Below, piece by piece: positions 28,644 through 38,177 of a stretch of DNA of 64,000 bases. The stretch is from a virus. The DNA lies in IMG/VR virus record IMGVR_UViG_3300013233_000773, one strand, 5' to 3'. A model generated the notes under the pieces. The model worked only from the letters and a program-made list of their open reading frames with translations, ran no database searches and was not told the DNA's origin. How positions within the stretch are numbered: position 1 is the stretch's first letter; every line of letters begins with the position of its first letter. The translations under genes were made by a program, and so were the position numbers.

Positions 28644-29174
28644 CTACCCGGTGATCCACTTGTTCCTGGGAGCAGTAAAGGCATCAGCGCCGGACTTATC
28701 AGGCACGCCACGCAGGACGCCGTTCAGGAAAGCCTTGACGTAGTCGACCTGCTCCGGCTTCAAGAAGGTATCGCTGCCTGGGGCAGGAAGATATACGTCC
28801 AGGACGGTCGCAGCGGCGACCACTACGTTCTTCACCTCGTCGGGAAGGTCCTTGAACAATGAGGAGTTGATGAACTCGCGCACCTCCGCCGAAGCAGGCA
28901 GCTTGCCTTCCCCGCTGAAGTACGGCAGTAGGACCTCGGTGACGTTCTTCTGAAGCTTGGCTCCAGCCTCCTTTGCTGCGGCGGCATCCTTCTCGCTCCA
29001 CTTAGCGAACCCGATCCTGACTCCCTGTCCGACTGCGAGCTCAATCCCGGCCACGATCTGGTCATGGTTCTTCTTGACCACCTCCTGCAGCTTCTGCTTC
29101 TGGGCATCCGTGCATCCCATGTTAGGTACCGACAGGGCACACAACATCGCTACGAGAATGATCTTCCTCATCAT
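28644..29174 (-). CDS. putative lipoprotein
   Basis: Signal peptide ending in MGC. Confidence 0.6.
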   Translation of the reverse strand: MMRKIILVAMLCALSVPNMGCTDAQKQKLQEVVKKNHDQIVAGIELAVGQGVRIGFAKWSEKDAAAAKEAGAKLQKNVTEVLLPYFSGEGKLPASAEVREFINSSLFKDLPDEVKNVVVAAATVLDVYLPAPGSDTFLKPEQVDYVKAFLNGVLRGVPDKSGADAFTAPRNKWITG

Positions 29175-29182
29175 CGATCCTC

Positions 29183-29587
29183 CTAGATTATCAACAGGCC
29201 AAGAAGGCCTATTGCAAGCCTCGTTCCTAGCTTTCTGCCAAGCTCCAGCCAGAAACGCCTAGCCGCCTGGATCTCCAGTGCCGTCTCCATCATCTCCTGA
29301 GCACTGGCCCCGACCCTGTCGACGATCTCGACGTTGTCCAGTGCCGAGTACATCTCCACCAGGGCGTCGAACGACTTCCCCTCGGACATTAGCTCCAGAT
29401 ATCTCACGACGGCATCCTTGCCGACCTGGAGCAGTCTCTGCCGGTTGTTCCGCAGAAGGTCAACGACCTCATCTGAGACTTCGGCCAGTACCTCCTTGCC
29501 AGTAGGAGAGGTGAAGGAGATCTTGCCGTCGTCCTTCAGGGCCTCCTCTAGGACGCTGATTAATTGGCTGAGCCATTCGTTCGACAT
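29183..29587 (-). CDS. hypothetical protein with hydrophobic C-terminus
   Basis: Ends LAIGLLGLLII. Confidence 0.6.
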   Translation of the reverse strand: MSNEWLSQLISVLEEALKDDGKISFTSPTGKEVLAEVSDEVVDLLRNNRQRLLQVGKDAVVRYLELMSEGKSFDALVEMYSALDNVEIVDRVGASAQEMMETALEIQAARRFWLELGRKLGTRLAIGLLGLLII

Positions 29588-29594
29588 GTGGTCG

Positions 29595-29846
29595 CTACTT
29601 CCGGCCCCATCCGTTCACTTCACGGTCGAGGGCCTCTAGGGCCTTTAGCGTCGCTCGCACCATCTTGTCGTCCTGCGCGGGAGTCGGATCGTTCTTCTTG
29701 TCGCCATCATCCTTCCTGTCGATGTACACCTTAAACAGCGCGTGCTGGTCGCGTATCCGGGACGCAGTCGCACGACTTACCGACCTGCACCCAGACAACA
29801 CGGCAGTGAAGGACAACAGGACGAGAATGGCGAATGCTCTGCGCAT
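29595..29846 (-). CDS. small lipoprotein
   Basis: MRRAFAILVLLSFTAVLSGC canonical lipobox. Confidence 0.7.
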   Translation of the reverse strand: MRRAFAILVLLSFTAVLSGCRSVSRATASRIRDQHALFKVYIDRKDDGDKKNDPTPAQDDKMVRATLKALEALDREVNGWGRK

Positions 29847-30109
29847 CAGACAACTTTCTTCGTGATTATCATGCTCTGGTCTACCTGCACAGGCTCGAAA
29901 CCGGCGGCAGCCTCAAGCTCCAGAAACCCCCTGATCGTCGGGTTGCCGGAAGTAGTGGGGATCGTCGGATCGTCGACCAGCCGGTGCTCCTCGACGAACG
30001 ACAGAGCCTCCTTGATGGTGACCGAGTCCTTTCCTACCTGATATATCCTGCCTGTGCTCTGGTTGATCCTGAATAAGCCCATGGCTGCAACATGAACCGA
30101 GACCGCCAT
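29846..30109 (-). CDS. hypothetical protein
   Basis: AGGAG upstream; CAAAGATA at 30151-30158. Confidence 0.65.
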   Translation of the reverse strand: MAVSVHVAAMGLFRINQSTGRIYQVGKDSVTIKEALSFVEEHRLVDDPTIPTTSGNPTIRGFLELEAAAGFEPVQVDQSMIITKKVV

Positions 30110-30149
30110 CTGGATGCTCCTTGTCCTGGGGGCGACGCATCAAGCTCTT

Positions 30150-31004
30150 CTATCTTTGCGCCGCAGCCGCTCCTATTGTCTTGAACGTCTGAAAGGTCCT
30201 GCCGTATTCCGCCAACAGGCCCCTTATCCTGTACCTCGTTGCGAAGGCTCTGATGGCATCGCCGTCGAAGACCGGTCTACGGGCACGGACGCGGGAGACG
30301 TAGGAGACGTTCTCTAGGACGTATGGACACATGGACAGGTCTATCAGGGCCCTATTGCGCCTGTACGTCCCGTCGCCGCGCAGGTCGAAGAACTCCAGCC
30401 TGTGGGCATAGTCGGCGATGATCTTTGCTGCCCTCTTTGGCCCAATCCCGTCGTAGCCAGGAATGTTGTCGGCCTTCTCCCCAACGAACGACTTCACCTC
30501 TACTGGATCGAGATCAACGCAGGCGAGTCGGCCTTTCTGCATCGGATTGTATACCTGCACGCCGCGCAAGTTGAATTCTAGCTGCCTAAAGTCACTATCG
30601 GAGCTAACGATCACGGCCTCGTCTCGTCCTCGTTGTCTACAGAAGGCATATACGAGGTCGTCCGCCTCCTGCCCGGCCCGGACGTAGTTCAGGCAGTTCA
30701 TGTGTTGAGCTAGGGATAGACAGGCCTCCGAACACCTCTGCAGCAGTTCAGTGACTTGTTCACGGTCATATCGGCTGTGCGCATTGCGCCCGCACTTGTA
30801 GGTCGGCAATATCTTGCGCCGCCACAGTCCATCCTTTGGCGTGTCCCAGAACAGATGAACGTGTCTAGGCCTGAAGCGTCTTACCCAGGAGTTGAGGAAC
30901 CGGAAGAAGATCAGGACATGGTCCTCGCCGGCCGGATCGGAGAGGCCGGCGAAGACCGCCCTGTACATGCTGTTCCTGGCATCGACCAGAAGATGTTCCG
31001 TCAT
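30150..31004 (-). CDS. 5'-3' exonuclease / flap endonuclease (T4 RNase H-like)
   Basis: LLVDARN, YKCGR, EADD, SSDSDF, GEKADNIPGYDGIGPKRA. Confidence 0.9.
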   Translation of the reverse strand: MTEHLLVDARNSMYRAVFAGLSDPAGEDHVLIFFRFLNSWVRRFRPRHVHLFWDTPKDGLWRRKILPTYKCGRNAHSRYDREQVTELLQRCSEACLSLAQHMNCLNYVRAGQEADDLVYAFCRQRGRDEAVIVSSDSDFRQLEFNLRGVQVYNPMQKGRLACVDLDPVEVKSFVGEKADNIPGYDGIGPKRAAKIIADYAHRLEFFDLRGDGTYRRNRALIDLSMCPYVLENVSYVSRVRARRPVFDGDAIRAFATRYRIRGLLAEYGRTFQTFKTIGAAAAQR

Positions 31005-31019
31005 GCAAGCTCCGCCCGC

Positions 31020-32093
31020 TCATGCTCCCTTGATCTGTTGAAGAAGCGACGCCAGTTCATCGTCCTCTTCGCCGATGGCTGGCTTCTTTGCTGCCTTAGC
31101 CTTTGGCTTCTCTGCCGTAGGTTCGGTAACCTCGGCAATCACCTCGTTCTCGGTCTCTTCGGACGAGGCCCCGGAGACCTCCGAGACTACCTCCTGGCCC
31201 ACGACCGCAGCAACCTCGGTAACCTCGGCAGTCGTCTCCACGACGACTTCTGACTCCTTTCTATCCTTTCCTGCGACGTCGATCACCTGATCTGCTCCGT
31301 CATGCTTTCCGCCGTTGATCTTGTCGTCTACGATCTTCTGGAGCTTCTCCGGCTTACGCGCAGGGAACTTATTCACGAGCACATGCCGCTTGTCCAGGAT
31401 CGCCTGAATCGCCTTCTCGTCCGGCTTGCCATCCTTGGTCGCGACGAGCGGCCCAAAGGTCTTGGGTAGAAAGCTTGACTCCTCGTAGGTGTTCCAATCG
31501 CCCTTGTTGCCCACTACGAGCTTGAACGTGTAGCCCTCGTATGGATGATAGAAGATCCCGGCGGCCTTTGGATCGAGCTCATCGCCCTCGTCATCGTTCA
31601 GGATGCACTCGTCCATCTTCTTGAAGACGGTCATCGGCATGCTGAACCACATCACCTTGCCGCGCACCGACTCTGGATTGTTCTTGATGTTGAGGAAGTA
31701 GACGTTAACCGAGAAGTATGTCCTCGGGATATACTCCTTGAAGATCTTCTTGCGGACATCATCGTCGGTCTCCCCATCGAGCATGTCCCATCCAAGGCTG
31801 CACAGGGGACAGTCCTCGCTGTCATGGACCCTTGGACACTCCAGCTTGTCGTTCCCGACCCAATGAGCCCCGTTCTCGTAATACCACATGTCACTAGAGA
31901 CCTCACAGGTCCCGGTTGCGCACTTATCCTCCTTCTCGAGCTCCGGCAGTACGCGGAAGTATGCCGTCCACTTATCCTTCCCCTTCATCTTAGGCGCACG
32001 GAACTCGTCCGGATCCTTCGCCCTAGAAGACCGTTCGCTCCTCTTCTGGAGCATGCGCTTGCGCAGCTCCTCCCTGCTCGGCCACTTCTTCAT
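31020..32093 (-). CDS. single-stranded DNA-binding protein (T4 gp32-like)
   Basis: FRVLP, CPR...CPLC zinc site, YFSVNVYF, GYTFKL, YEESSF, acidic tail. Confidence 0.8.
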   Translation of the reverse strand: MKKWPSREELRKRMLQKRSERSSRAKDPDEFRAPKMKGKDKWTAYFRVLPELEKEDKCATGTCEVSSDMWYYENGAHWVGNDKLECPRVHDSEDCPLCSLGWDMLDGETDDDVRKKIFKEYIPRTYFSVNVYFLNIKNNPESVRGKVMWFSMPMTVFKKMDECILNDDEGDELDPKAAGIFYHPYEGYTFKLVVGNKGDWNTYEESSFLPKTFGPLVATKDGKPDEKAIQAILDKRHVLVNKFPARKPEKLQKIVDDKINGGKHDGADQVIDVAGKDRKESEVVVETTAEVTEVAAVVGQEVVSEVSGASSEETENEVIAEVTEPTAEKPKAKAAKKPAIGEEDDELASLLQQIKGA

Positions 32094-32114
32094 TGCACTT
32101 CTCCTTTAATGCGC

Positions 32115-32147
32115 GCTCTAGCTCTAGCTCTAGCTCTAGTCCTAGCT
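32115..32147 (-). repeat. TAGAGC hexamer tandem repeat upstream of the SSB RBS (in-frame amber ladder)
   Basis: (GCTCTA)x4 on + strand; minus strand reads AGC TAG GAC TAG AGC TAG AGC TAG AGC TAG AGC. Confidence 0.85.
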
Positions 32148-32618
32148 ACGGCGCTGTTCCTCACGCTTGAACCCCGCAAGGCTGCGGAGATGTTCAGACT
32201 TCCTGCAGAGAGCATAGACCAGGGCACGGATCTTATGCTCCTTCCTTGACTCATTCACGATCTCGGCCTCCACCCGGATCATTCTCTCATCGGCCAGTGC
32301 CAAGTCCTTAATCACCTGCACGCTCAGCTTGACGCCATCGAGCCTAGCCTTTTCCTGAATCGTAGAGACTATCTGCCCACGGACAGCCTCCTTCCTGGCC
32401 TCCAGGACCGCAACGACCGCACGCTGCTCTGCGAGCAGCATGTCGAAGAACACTAGCTGCTCCGGCAGGACCGCCAATTCCTCCTCGAGATCGTCGAAGT
32501 CAATCCGAAGGTCAGGACGCACATCCTTCTGGAAGACAGTCCGACCCGGAAGCTCAACCCGCAGGTTGAACAGATAATCCGCCACGTCCGGGTCCACGTT
32601 CTTGGCTATCCAGCTCAT
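32142..32618 (-). CDS. UvsY-like recombination mediator (helical)
   Basis: DLRIDFDDLEEEL..P; helical; adjacent to SSB; GGAGG upstream of MSWIAK. Confidence 0.5.
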   Translation of the reverse strand: MSWIAKNVDPDVADYLFNLRVELPGRTVFQKDVRPDLRIDFDDLEEELAVLPEQLVFFDMLLAEQRAVVAVLEARKEAVRGQIVSTIQEKARLDGVKLSVQVIKDLALADERMIRVEAEIVNESRKEHKIRALVYALCRKSEHLRSLAGFKREEQRRS

Positions 32619-32641
32619 GCGTCCTCCAGCCGTCAAATACG

Positions 32642-33793
32642 TCACGGCACAGAACGAAGCAGCTTCCAGCCGCGCCACCGCCGACCGACGCTCACCCTCA
32701 AGGGCATCATTAAGCCCCCGACACCCTCCAACGGCCTGGCCACTATCTCCTGAAGCGACGGAAGTAGTTCTCCAATCGAGTTCTCTGGCGCGCAGAGGAC
32801 GACCGAATCGTGAACCTCCGTCAACACGTTCTGTGGACACCTCCGCAGCAACCTGGCCATCACGGAATGCATGGCGTGCGCCACGGAGCCTTGAAACTGC
32901 GCATTGAACACGCTAAGCTCATTGCGGCCATTCTCTCCCCCGACGCCATACCTACGCCCCAGGATCGTCTCCACGAAGCCCTCCGACCGCATCCTGGCAA
33001 CCCTGTCCGCCATCCACTTCCTAAACTCCGGAAAAGGCTGAAAGACCGGATCGTCGGTCCTGAGCGAATAAAAGGAACGGAAGAAATCACGCTTGCACTG
33101 CTCCCTAGAGGGCTCGCCGAGGCACTCCGCTATCACGCTGTACGGATCACCCCTGGAGAACGCAGCGGCCATCGGCCCGTCCCCGGACATGAACGCAGCC
33201 ATGCGCACGTCCGCAGCCGTCCAGTCGAGACAAACGAACCAGTCATAATCATCCCGAACATGCCTGACGGCAGTCTCCCCGGTCATTCCCTGAACGTTGA
33301 AGCCAGTCGTCCTCGAACGGCCAGTATAGGTCCCAAGATCATAGTGGATGCCATCGACGCGCCTATATCCGTGCATGACCCCACGCTGCTGCAGAATCGC
33401 ATACATGACTGAAGCCCTGCCCATCAACACGCGCCACGGATCTTCACGGACGCTCCGGACAGACTCTACGGCGGCCCTCAACAACGACTTCCGGACCGAC
33501 GCTGCGTCCCTGGCCCGCCCAGCCGCGACCGGCACGCACGACTCAACCAGCCCATGTCCGCCATGAAGCTCAAGACCAAACCCCAGCAAGTGCGTGACGC
33601 AGTCGTTACATAACGCCCCATCCTCGAGCAGCTCACGCACCCTCTGTACGCCATTCCTGACCTGCTTCAGCCTGAGACCAGTACCGGGAAGATACGCGTC
33701 TATGAACTCCACCCTGCCGTCCTCCACCACGACGGACGACAATGGCCTAGGGTGATTCCTGCTCTTATCGAACAGCGTTACGACATGGCGCAT
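32642..33793 (-). CDS. family A DNA polymerase, short, without exonuclease domains
   Basis: TYTGRS...NVQG, motif A LDWTAADVR, motif B REQCKRDFFRSFY, FNAQFQGS, motif C VHDS. Confidence 0.8.
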   Translation of the reverse strand: MRHVVTLFDKSRNHPRPLSSVVVEDGRVEFIDAYLPGTGLRLKQVRNGVQRVRELLEDGALCNDCVTHLLGFGLELHGGHGLVESCVPVAAGRARDAASVRKSLLRAAVESVRSVREDPWRVLMGRASVMYAILQQRGVMHGYRRVDGIHYDLGTYTGRSRTTGFNVQGMTGETAVRHVRDDYDWFVCLDWTAADVRMAAFMSGDGPMAAAFSRGDPYSVIAECLGEPSREQCKRDFFRSFYSLRTDDPVFQPFPEFRKWMADRVARMRSEGFVETILGRRYGVGGENGRNELSVFNAQFQGSVAHAMHSVMARLLRRCPQNVLTEVHDSVVLCAPENSIGELLPSLQEIVARPLEGVGGLMMPLRVSVGRRWRGWKLLRSVP

Positions 33794-33802
33794 TACGCGC
33801 GA

Positions 33803-34519
33803 TCAAATACTCAGCAGACCACCAAGCCCTACTTCGCCGACCCTACGGACTATCTCGTCGCTGCACTCTTTGGTCATGTGGTTCGCCCAATCTCCGACTA
33901 TACCCTTCCTGGGCAAAACGGGATTGCCTTCCCATAGGCCAGGAACCCTCACTCCAGTAAGCTGCCTGTCCAAGAACGACGATACTCTCTTCATGACGTC
34001 GACGAATCGACGCTTCAGGTCCGTGTAACGCACCATGAGCACTCTTCCATCGGACGACCACGGCCTGACGTGCGCGATCCACCTGTCCACAAAGTCCTCC
34101 GACCTGATCCACGAATACGCTCCGTCGAACGGCCACTCATATGGCCTGGTCCTAAGGGCAAACTCCTCGACCGACGAAGGTCTTGGAAATGCCTGGACCC
34201 CTACGGAACGGAAATAGAAGAACATACTGACGATCACGTCCCTTGGATCGCGCACCACGTATATCGTGCGGAAGCGACCCAGCTCCTCTGAGAGATATTC
34301 GTACGCATGGTGCGACTTATATATCGTGCCCGGACTGCTCTTCCTGCAGAACAAAGCCGTCCTGTCGCGGTAACCCTCCTTCCATTCCAAGCCAGGATCA
34401 ACGTAATCAACTATAGGAACGTCCACGTGCGCGGCAGGAAGCCCCAGATTGGCTGACAACGAGTTGATCATGAAGTGAGTTCCAGAACGCTCATGCGACG
34501 CGACCAGGACGCTGCCCAT
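33803..34519 (-). CDS. sulfotransferase (Sulfotransfer_1-like)
   Basis: SHERSGTHF, YVVRDPRDVIVS, RKGIVGDW. Confidence 0.88.
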   Translation of the reverse strand: MGSVLVASHERSGTHFMINSLSANLGLPAAHVDVPIVDYVDPGLEWKEGYRDRTALFCRKSSPGTIYKSHHAYEYLSEELGRFRTIYVVRDPRDVIVSMFFYFRSVGVQAFPRPSSVEEFALRTRPYEWPFDGAYSWIRSEDFVDRWIAHVRPWSSDGRVLMVRYTDLKRRFVDVMKRVSSFLDRQLTGVRVPGLWEGNPVLPRKGIVGDWANHMTKECSDEIVRRVGEVGLGGLLSI

Positions 34520-34522
34520 GTC

Positions 34523-35335
34523 CTATGCCTCCCTTATCCTTCCGGACAGAACGTCCACGCTCCTGTTCCCGTCGTACTCGTCCAGGTCCAGGAGATGCTT
34601 GAGCACGGCAGGCAAGGTAGAGGGGTCCACCTTGCCGAACCTGTAGTCCGCATCAACCTCGCGGCAGAGACGGTCCGCGTCATACCGTCCCTCCTTGAGC
34701 ATGCGCATGCACAGGTTCCTGGCCCTGACGTAGTTCGCCGATCCGGGATAGAGGACACAGTGGTTGATGTGCTTGTTGCACACCTGCCTTGGAAAGCACC
34801 AACCGACGTGATACACGGTCGCCGCAGAGGGCACTGCTCCCCTCACATCGAAGCTATATCCGTCCTGAATGCTCCTGGCACCATGGTCGATTATGCGCAC
34901 AGCCCTGTCATAGGTCGGATTGAGGATCCTTCGATCAAAACCGTTCCGAAAGTGGAGGAATCTGACGGAGGCAGGTCTGCCTGCGTCCAATAGCATCTCC
35001 AGGGTGGTCATGTCGCTCTCGTGATAGACCTCGTCGGCCTGCACGTAGAACAACGGACCAGCGTCCGGCCACGTCGCCGATATCATCCTCATGGCGGCGT
35101 TGGTGGCGACGGCTATGGAGCTGCCGCCTGGGGATGGCGGAGGCCAGACGGCGGTCCTGATGTGCACCTTGCCGTTCAGTCCGGAGATCCTCTCCAGGAC
35201 GTCTCCCGTTCCGTCGTCGCTTCCACAGTCGACCACCATGAACGAGTCGACCGTCGGAAGTGCCGAAAGAATAGCCTCTACGAACGGGTATCCAAGCCTG
35301 ACGCCATTGCGCAGGACCATGAACGCAGTCTTCAT
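34523..35335 (-). CDS. GT2-family glycosyltransferase
   Basis: GYPFVEAILS, VDCGSDDGT, YVQADEV. Confidence 0.85.
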   Translation of the reverse strand: MKTAFMVLRNGVRLGYPFVEAILSALPTVDSFMVVDCGSDDGTGDVLERISGLNGKVHIRTAVWPPPSPGGSSIAVATNAAMRMISATWPDAGPLFYVQADEVYHESDMTTLEMLLDAGRPASVRFLHFRNGFDRRILNPTYDRAVRIIDHGARSIQDGYSFDVRGAVPSAATVYHVGWCFPRQVCNKHINHCVLYPGSANYVRARNLCMRMLKEGRYDADRLCREVDADYRFGKVDPSTLPAVLKHLLDLDEYDGNRSVDVLSGRIREA

Positions 35336-35347
35336 TGTCCCTCCAGT

Positions 35348-35716
35348 TCACTTGACACTGCCCTTGCGGGCCTTGTGCGACCTTCCATTGACCGCGAAGT
35401 GCCTCGGGTTCTTCTTCCTGCGCCCACCCTTGCGGAGACGGTCCGCAATGTCCGCCTTCTCGCCAGGCATCCGCATGCCAGCATAGGGATCGTCGTTGAC
35501 CAGCTTGTGCAGGTGCATGTCCCGCCGTCTGCCCTTCTTGTCCAGCCACCCGTTTCCGCGCACGTAGCTGATCGGAATCGTCAGGAACGCAGTTTCTGCC
35601 CTGCCGCCGCACCTGGGGCACTTAACCTTGGGCTTCCTGTCCATCGGATGCTCTATCTCGAACGTGAAGAGGTCCTCGCCGTCGCTGCAGCTCCTACAGA
35701 AGTAGTCGTATTTCAT
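35348..35716 (-). CDS. FmdB-like zinc ribbon protein
   Basis: YDYFCRSC...FEIEHPM...CPRCG. Confidence 0.75.
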   Translation of the reverse strand: MKYDYFCRSCSDGEDLFTFEIEHPMDRKPKVKCPRCGGRAETAFLTIPISYVRGNGWLDKKGRRRDMHLHKLVNDDPYAGMRMPGEKADIADRLRKGGRRKKNPRHFAVNGRSHKARKGSVK

Positions 35717-35727
35717 TCTTCCTCCAA

Positions 35728-36102
35728 TTATTTTCTCTTGCACGCCCATTTTATGGCTAGGTGGACGTGTAGGACCTGCAGGGAGGAGAACATTGATCTC
35801 CGCCGCTCCTTGGATGCCACCTCAGCCCCCTGTAGGTACCATTGCTCCAGCAGCACGTCGTCCACTCCATAATTCTCGATCAACAAGTCCCTCTCGTCTC
35901 CTGACTCGAACCACTTCCTGGTAGAGGCCACCTCCTTTAGCGGCATCTCAAGATGGACCTTCTCCCACGTCGCCCGCCTAGTCGCGACGAGGACGCCCTT
36001 CTCCTCCTTGAACGGAAACCTATACCTCGGCCTGTCGACGGCGTACAGGACCTGTCCGCCCTCCAGTCCAGATATCCTCATCGACCAGTTACCGCGTATC
36101 AT
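35728..36102 (-). CDS. hypothetical protein
   Basis: ATG overlaps the helicase stop. Confidence 0.55.
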   Translation of the reverse strand: MIRGNWSMRISGLEGGQVLYAVDRPRYRFPFKEEKGVLVATRRATWEKVHLEMPLKEVASTRKWFESGDERDLLIENYGVDDVLLEQWYLQGAEVASKERRRSMFSSLQVLHVHLAIKWACKRK

Positions 36103-37430
36103 CTAAGGTCAGCCTCCCGCATCACCATCGTCTCGTAGTTGATCGTGGACGACACGGTCACGAACTTCTGCCCGTTCCTGTTCTTCGCCACGTAGAATCG
36201 GCACTTGGCGTCGGTCACCGGTCCGCCATCGCCCTGCCTGCCGGACTCGTACTCGTCCCTCGTCTGGTTTATCGTGACCACGTAGCTCAGAGGCATGTTC
36301 TTGCCATAGCTCTCGGCCGTCTTGTTGAGGTCAATCACCTTGTCGCCACCCTTGCCGTCCTGTGGCTCCAGGCCGGCCCTGTTAGCCTGGCTGGCCGTGA
36401 CCACGAACACGTTCTCCTTCTTAGCTAGGCGGCAGATCTCGGTGCTTACCTTCTTCTGGGAATGATATGGGCCGTCGTCGCGCTGCATCGTCCGCGGAAC
36501 GAGCAGCTCCAGATAGTCGATGATCACCACGTCGATGGTCAGCCTGTGCATCCTGCGGAGACTGTCTATCAGGGCATGTATGACGTCCACGGAGACGTCG
36601 TCCGGAGGATACTCCACGATAACCAGCTGGGCCTTGTTCGTGCTCTTGATCGCGTTCAGGTTCTTGGCCATATAGTCCCTATAGTCGAGCCTCCTGCGTA
36701 TGGGCTTGTGCGTGAAGGTGCCGAGGTACCTGTGTCCGACCTGCTGCCTGGTCATCTCCAAGGAGACGTGCAGCACGTTCCTTCCCCTGCGCACGTTGGA
36801 CGCGGCCACGTTGCCGAGTGCTATAGACTTCCCGACCCCCGTCGGAGCCATGAAGCACAGCACGTCCTTGCGCACGGGGCCACCGTCGTTCAGACACCTG
36901 TCCAGCATCGGGAATCCAGTCGTGAACCTGTCCTGCTGCTCCTCCGAGAAGAGCTGATCATAGTCGTCGAAGAAGAACATCAGGTCCGTGCCGAACCTGG
37001 TTATCCTCCTGGCCTCCTCGATGATTCCGTCCTGGACCGCATAGTCGCCGCGCTCGTGTGCCTCCAAGGCCTCCCTGCTATATAGCTGAGCATACTGCTT
37101 GTGGCGCGCCCACTCCATGAGACGCTCGACCACGACCGGCTCATCCCTGGGATCCAGCTCCTCCTTGATCAGGTCGATCACGTCGTCATGGGGATCGTCC
37201 ACCGTGAGCTGCTGCTCGGCCACGTCCAGGGCCATTCGCCTACTGAGGACCACGTCGTGCTTCTCGTGATAGAACTGCACGATGCTGAACACGAACCTAG
37301 TCTCGTACTGCTCGAAGTATTCAGGCTTGAGGAACTTCAGGACCGACGAGAAGAACTCGGGCTGATCGAACGCCAATGATATGATCGCCCGCTCCTCGGC
37401 GGGACCGAACGTCCTGTCGTCTGCATCCAT
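36099..37430 (-). CDS. dnaB: replicative DNA helicase (DnaB / T4 gp41-like)
   Basis: APTGVGKS, HVSLEM, VIIDYLEL, TASQANR, AESYGK, KNRNG. Confidence 0.9.
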   Translation of the reverse strand: MDADDRTFGPAEERAIISLAFDQPEFFSSVLKFLKPEYFEQYETRFVFSIVQFYHEKHDVVLSRRMALDVAEQQLTVDDPHDDVIDLIKEELDPRDEPVVVERLMEWARHKQYAQLYSREALEAHERGDYAVQDGIIEEARRITRFGTDLMFFFDDYDQLFSEEQQDRFTTGFPMLDRCLNDGGPVRKDVLCFMAPTGVGKSIALGNVAASNVRRGRNVLHVSLEMTRQQVGHRYLGTFTHKPIRRRLDYRDYMAKNLNAIKSTNKAQLVIVEYPPDDVSVDVIHALIDSLRRMHRLTIDVVIIDYLELLVPRTMQRDDGPYHSQKKVSTEICRLAKKENVFVVTASQANRAGLEPQDGKGGDKVIDLNKTAESYGKNMPLSYVVTINQTRDEYESGRQGDGGPVTDAKCRFYVAKNRNGQKFVTVSSTINYETMVMREADLR

Positions 37431-37444
37431 GTGCGCTTCCGTGG

Positions 37445-38173
37445 CTATGCAGTCGCCTCAGGGCACAGGCTGGTGAGCCTCGCCTCGTCGTTAGAGACCG
37501 ACCTCTCCATGAAGGACACGGCCAGGCCGAGAGCCTCGCATATTGAGCACAGCTCACTCTCCCTATAGGCTACTACCTTATCGTGCTGCATCGTGCCCCT
37601 GTCTCCGACCGGCAACGGCCTCTCCGGACGCGGCTTGAAGACGACCTGGTATGACCACTGCCCGGCCCCGACGTCCCACGACGACTGGTCGAGTCGAAGC
37701 CCCTCCAGGCGGCCCGTCGTCTCCGCAGTCTCCCTCAAATACGCCACCTCGTTGAACCCGAACCTCGGAGCAGGAAGGAAGTCAGACGATCCAGACCTCG
37801 TCGCCCGGCCTGGCTCCACTGGATGACCAGCGTCCGTCCCACCGCACAGCGAATCGAACCTGCTCCGCAGGTCCGCAAGCTCCCTCGCAGAGACGGCCAG
37901 CCGAATAGGAAGGGCCTCGCACAGGGTAGCCAAGTTCTCCTCCCGGACCTCGACTGGGCCAATCGCCGCGTCCTTGCGAGCGACGAACCTGCCGAACGAC
38001 TTCCGGAACTGCCTCTCCGCCGAATAGACGTATGCACTCAGGGATGGCTCGAACCTAACACCAGCAACGAGGACCGCCTCAATGAAGCCCTTCCTGGCGG
38101 ACGGAAGCAGGTACACCACCTCGCCCACCCCGAACGATGGCTTCCCCGGCCTAAGGACGCTCCTATCAGGCAT
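37445..38173 (-). CDS. hypothetical protein with an internal two-fold domain duplication
   Basis: PSFGVGEVVYL...LATLCEAL and PRFGFNEVAYL...LCSICEAL. Confidence 0.65.
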   Translation of the reverse strand: MPDRSVLRPGKPSFGVGEVVYLLPSARKGFIEAVLVAGVRFEPSLSAYVYSAERQFRKSFGRFVARKDAAIGPVEVREENLATLCEALPIRLAVSARELADLRSRFDSLCGGTDAGHPVEPGRATRSGSSDFLPAPRFGFNEVAYLRETAETTGRLEGLRLDQSSWDVGAGQWSYQVVFKPRPERPLPVGDRGTMQHDKVVAYRESELCSICEALGLAVSFMERSVSNDEARLTSLCPEATA

Positions 38174-38177
38174 TCCA

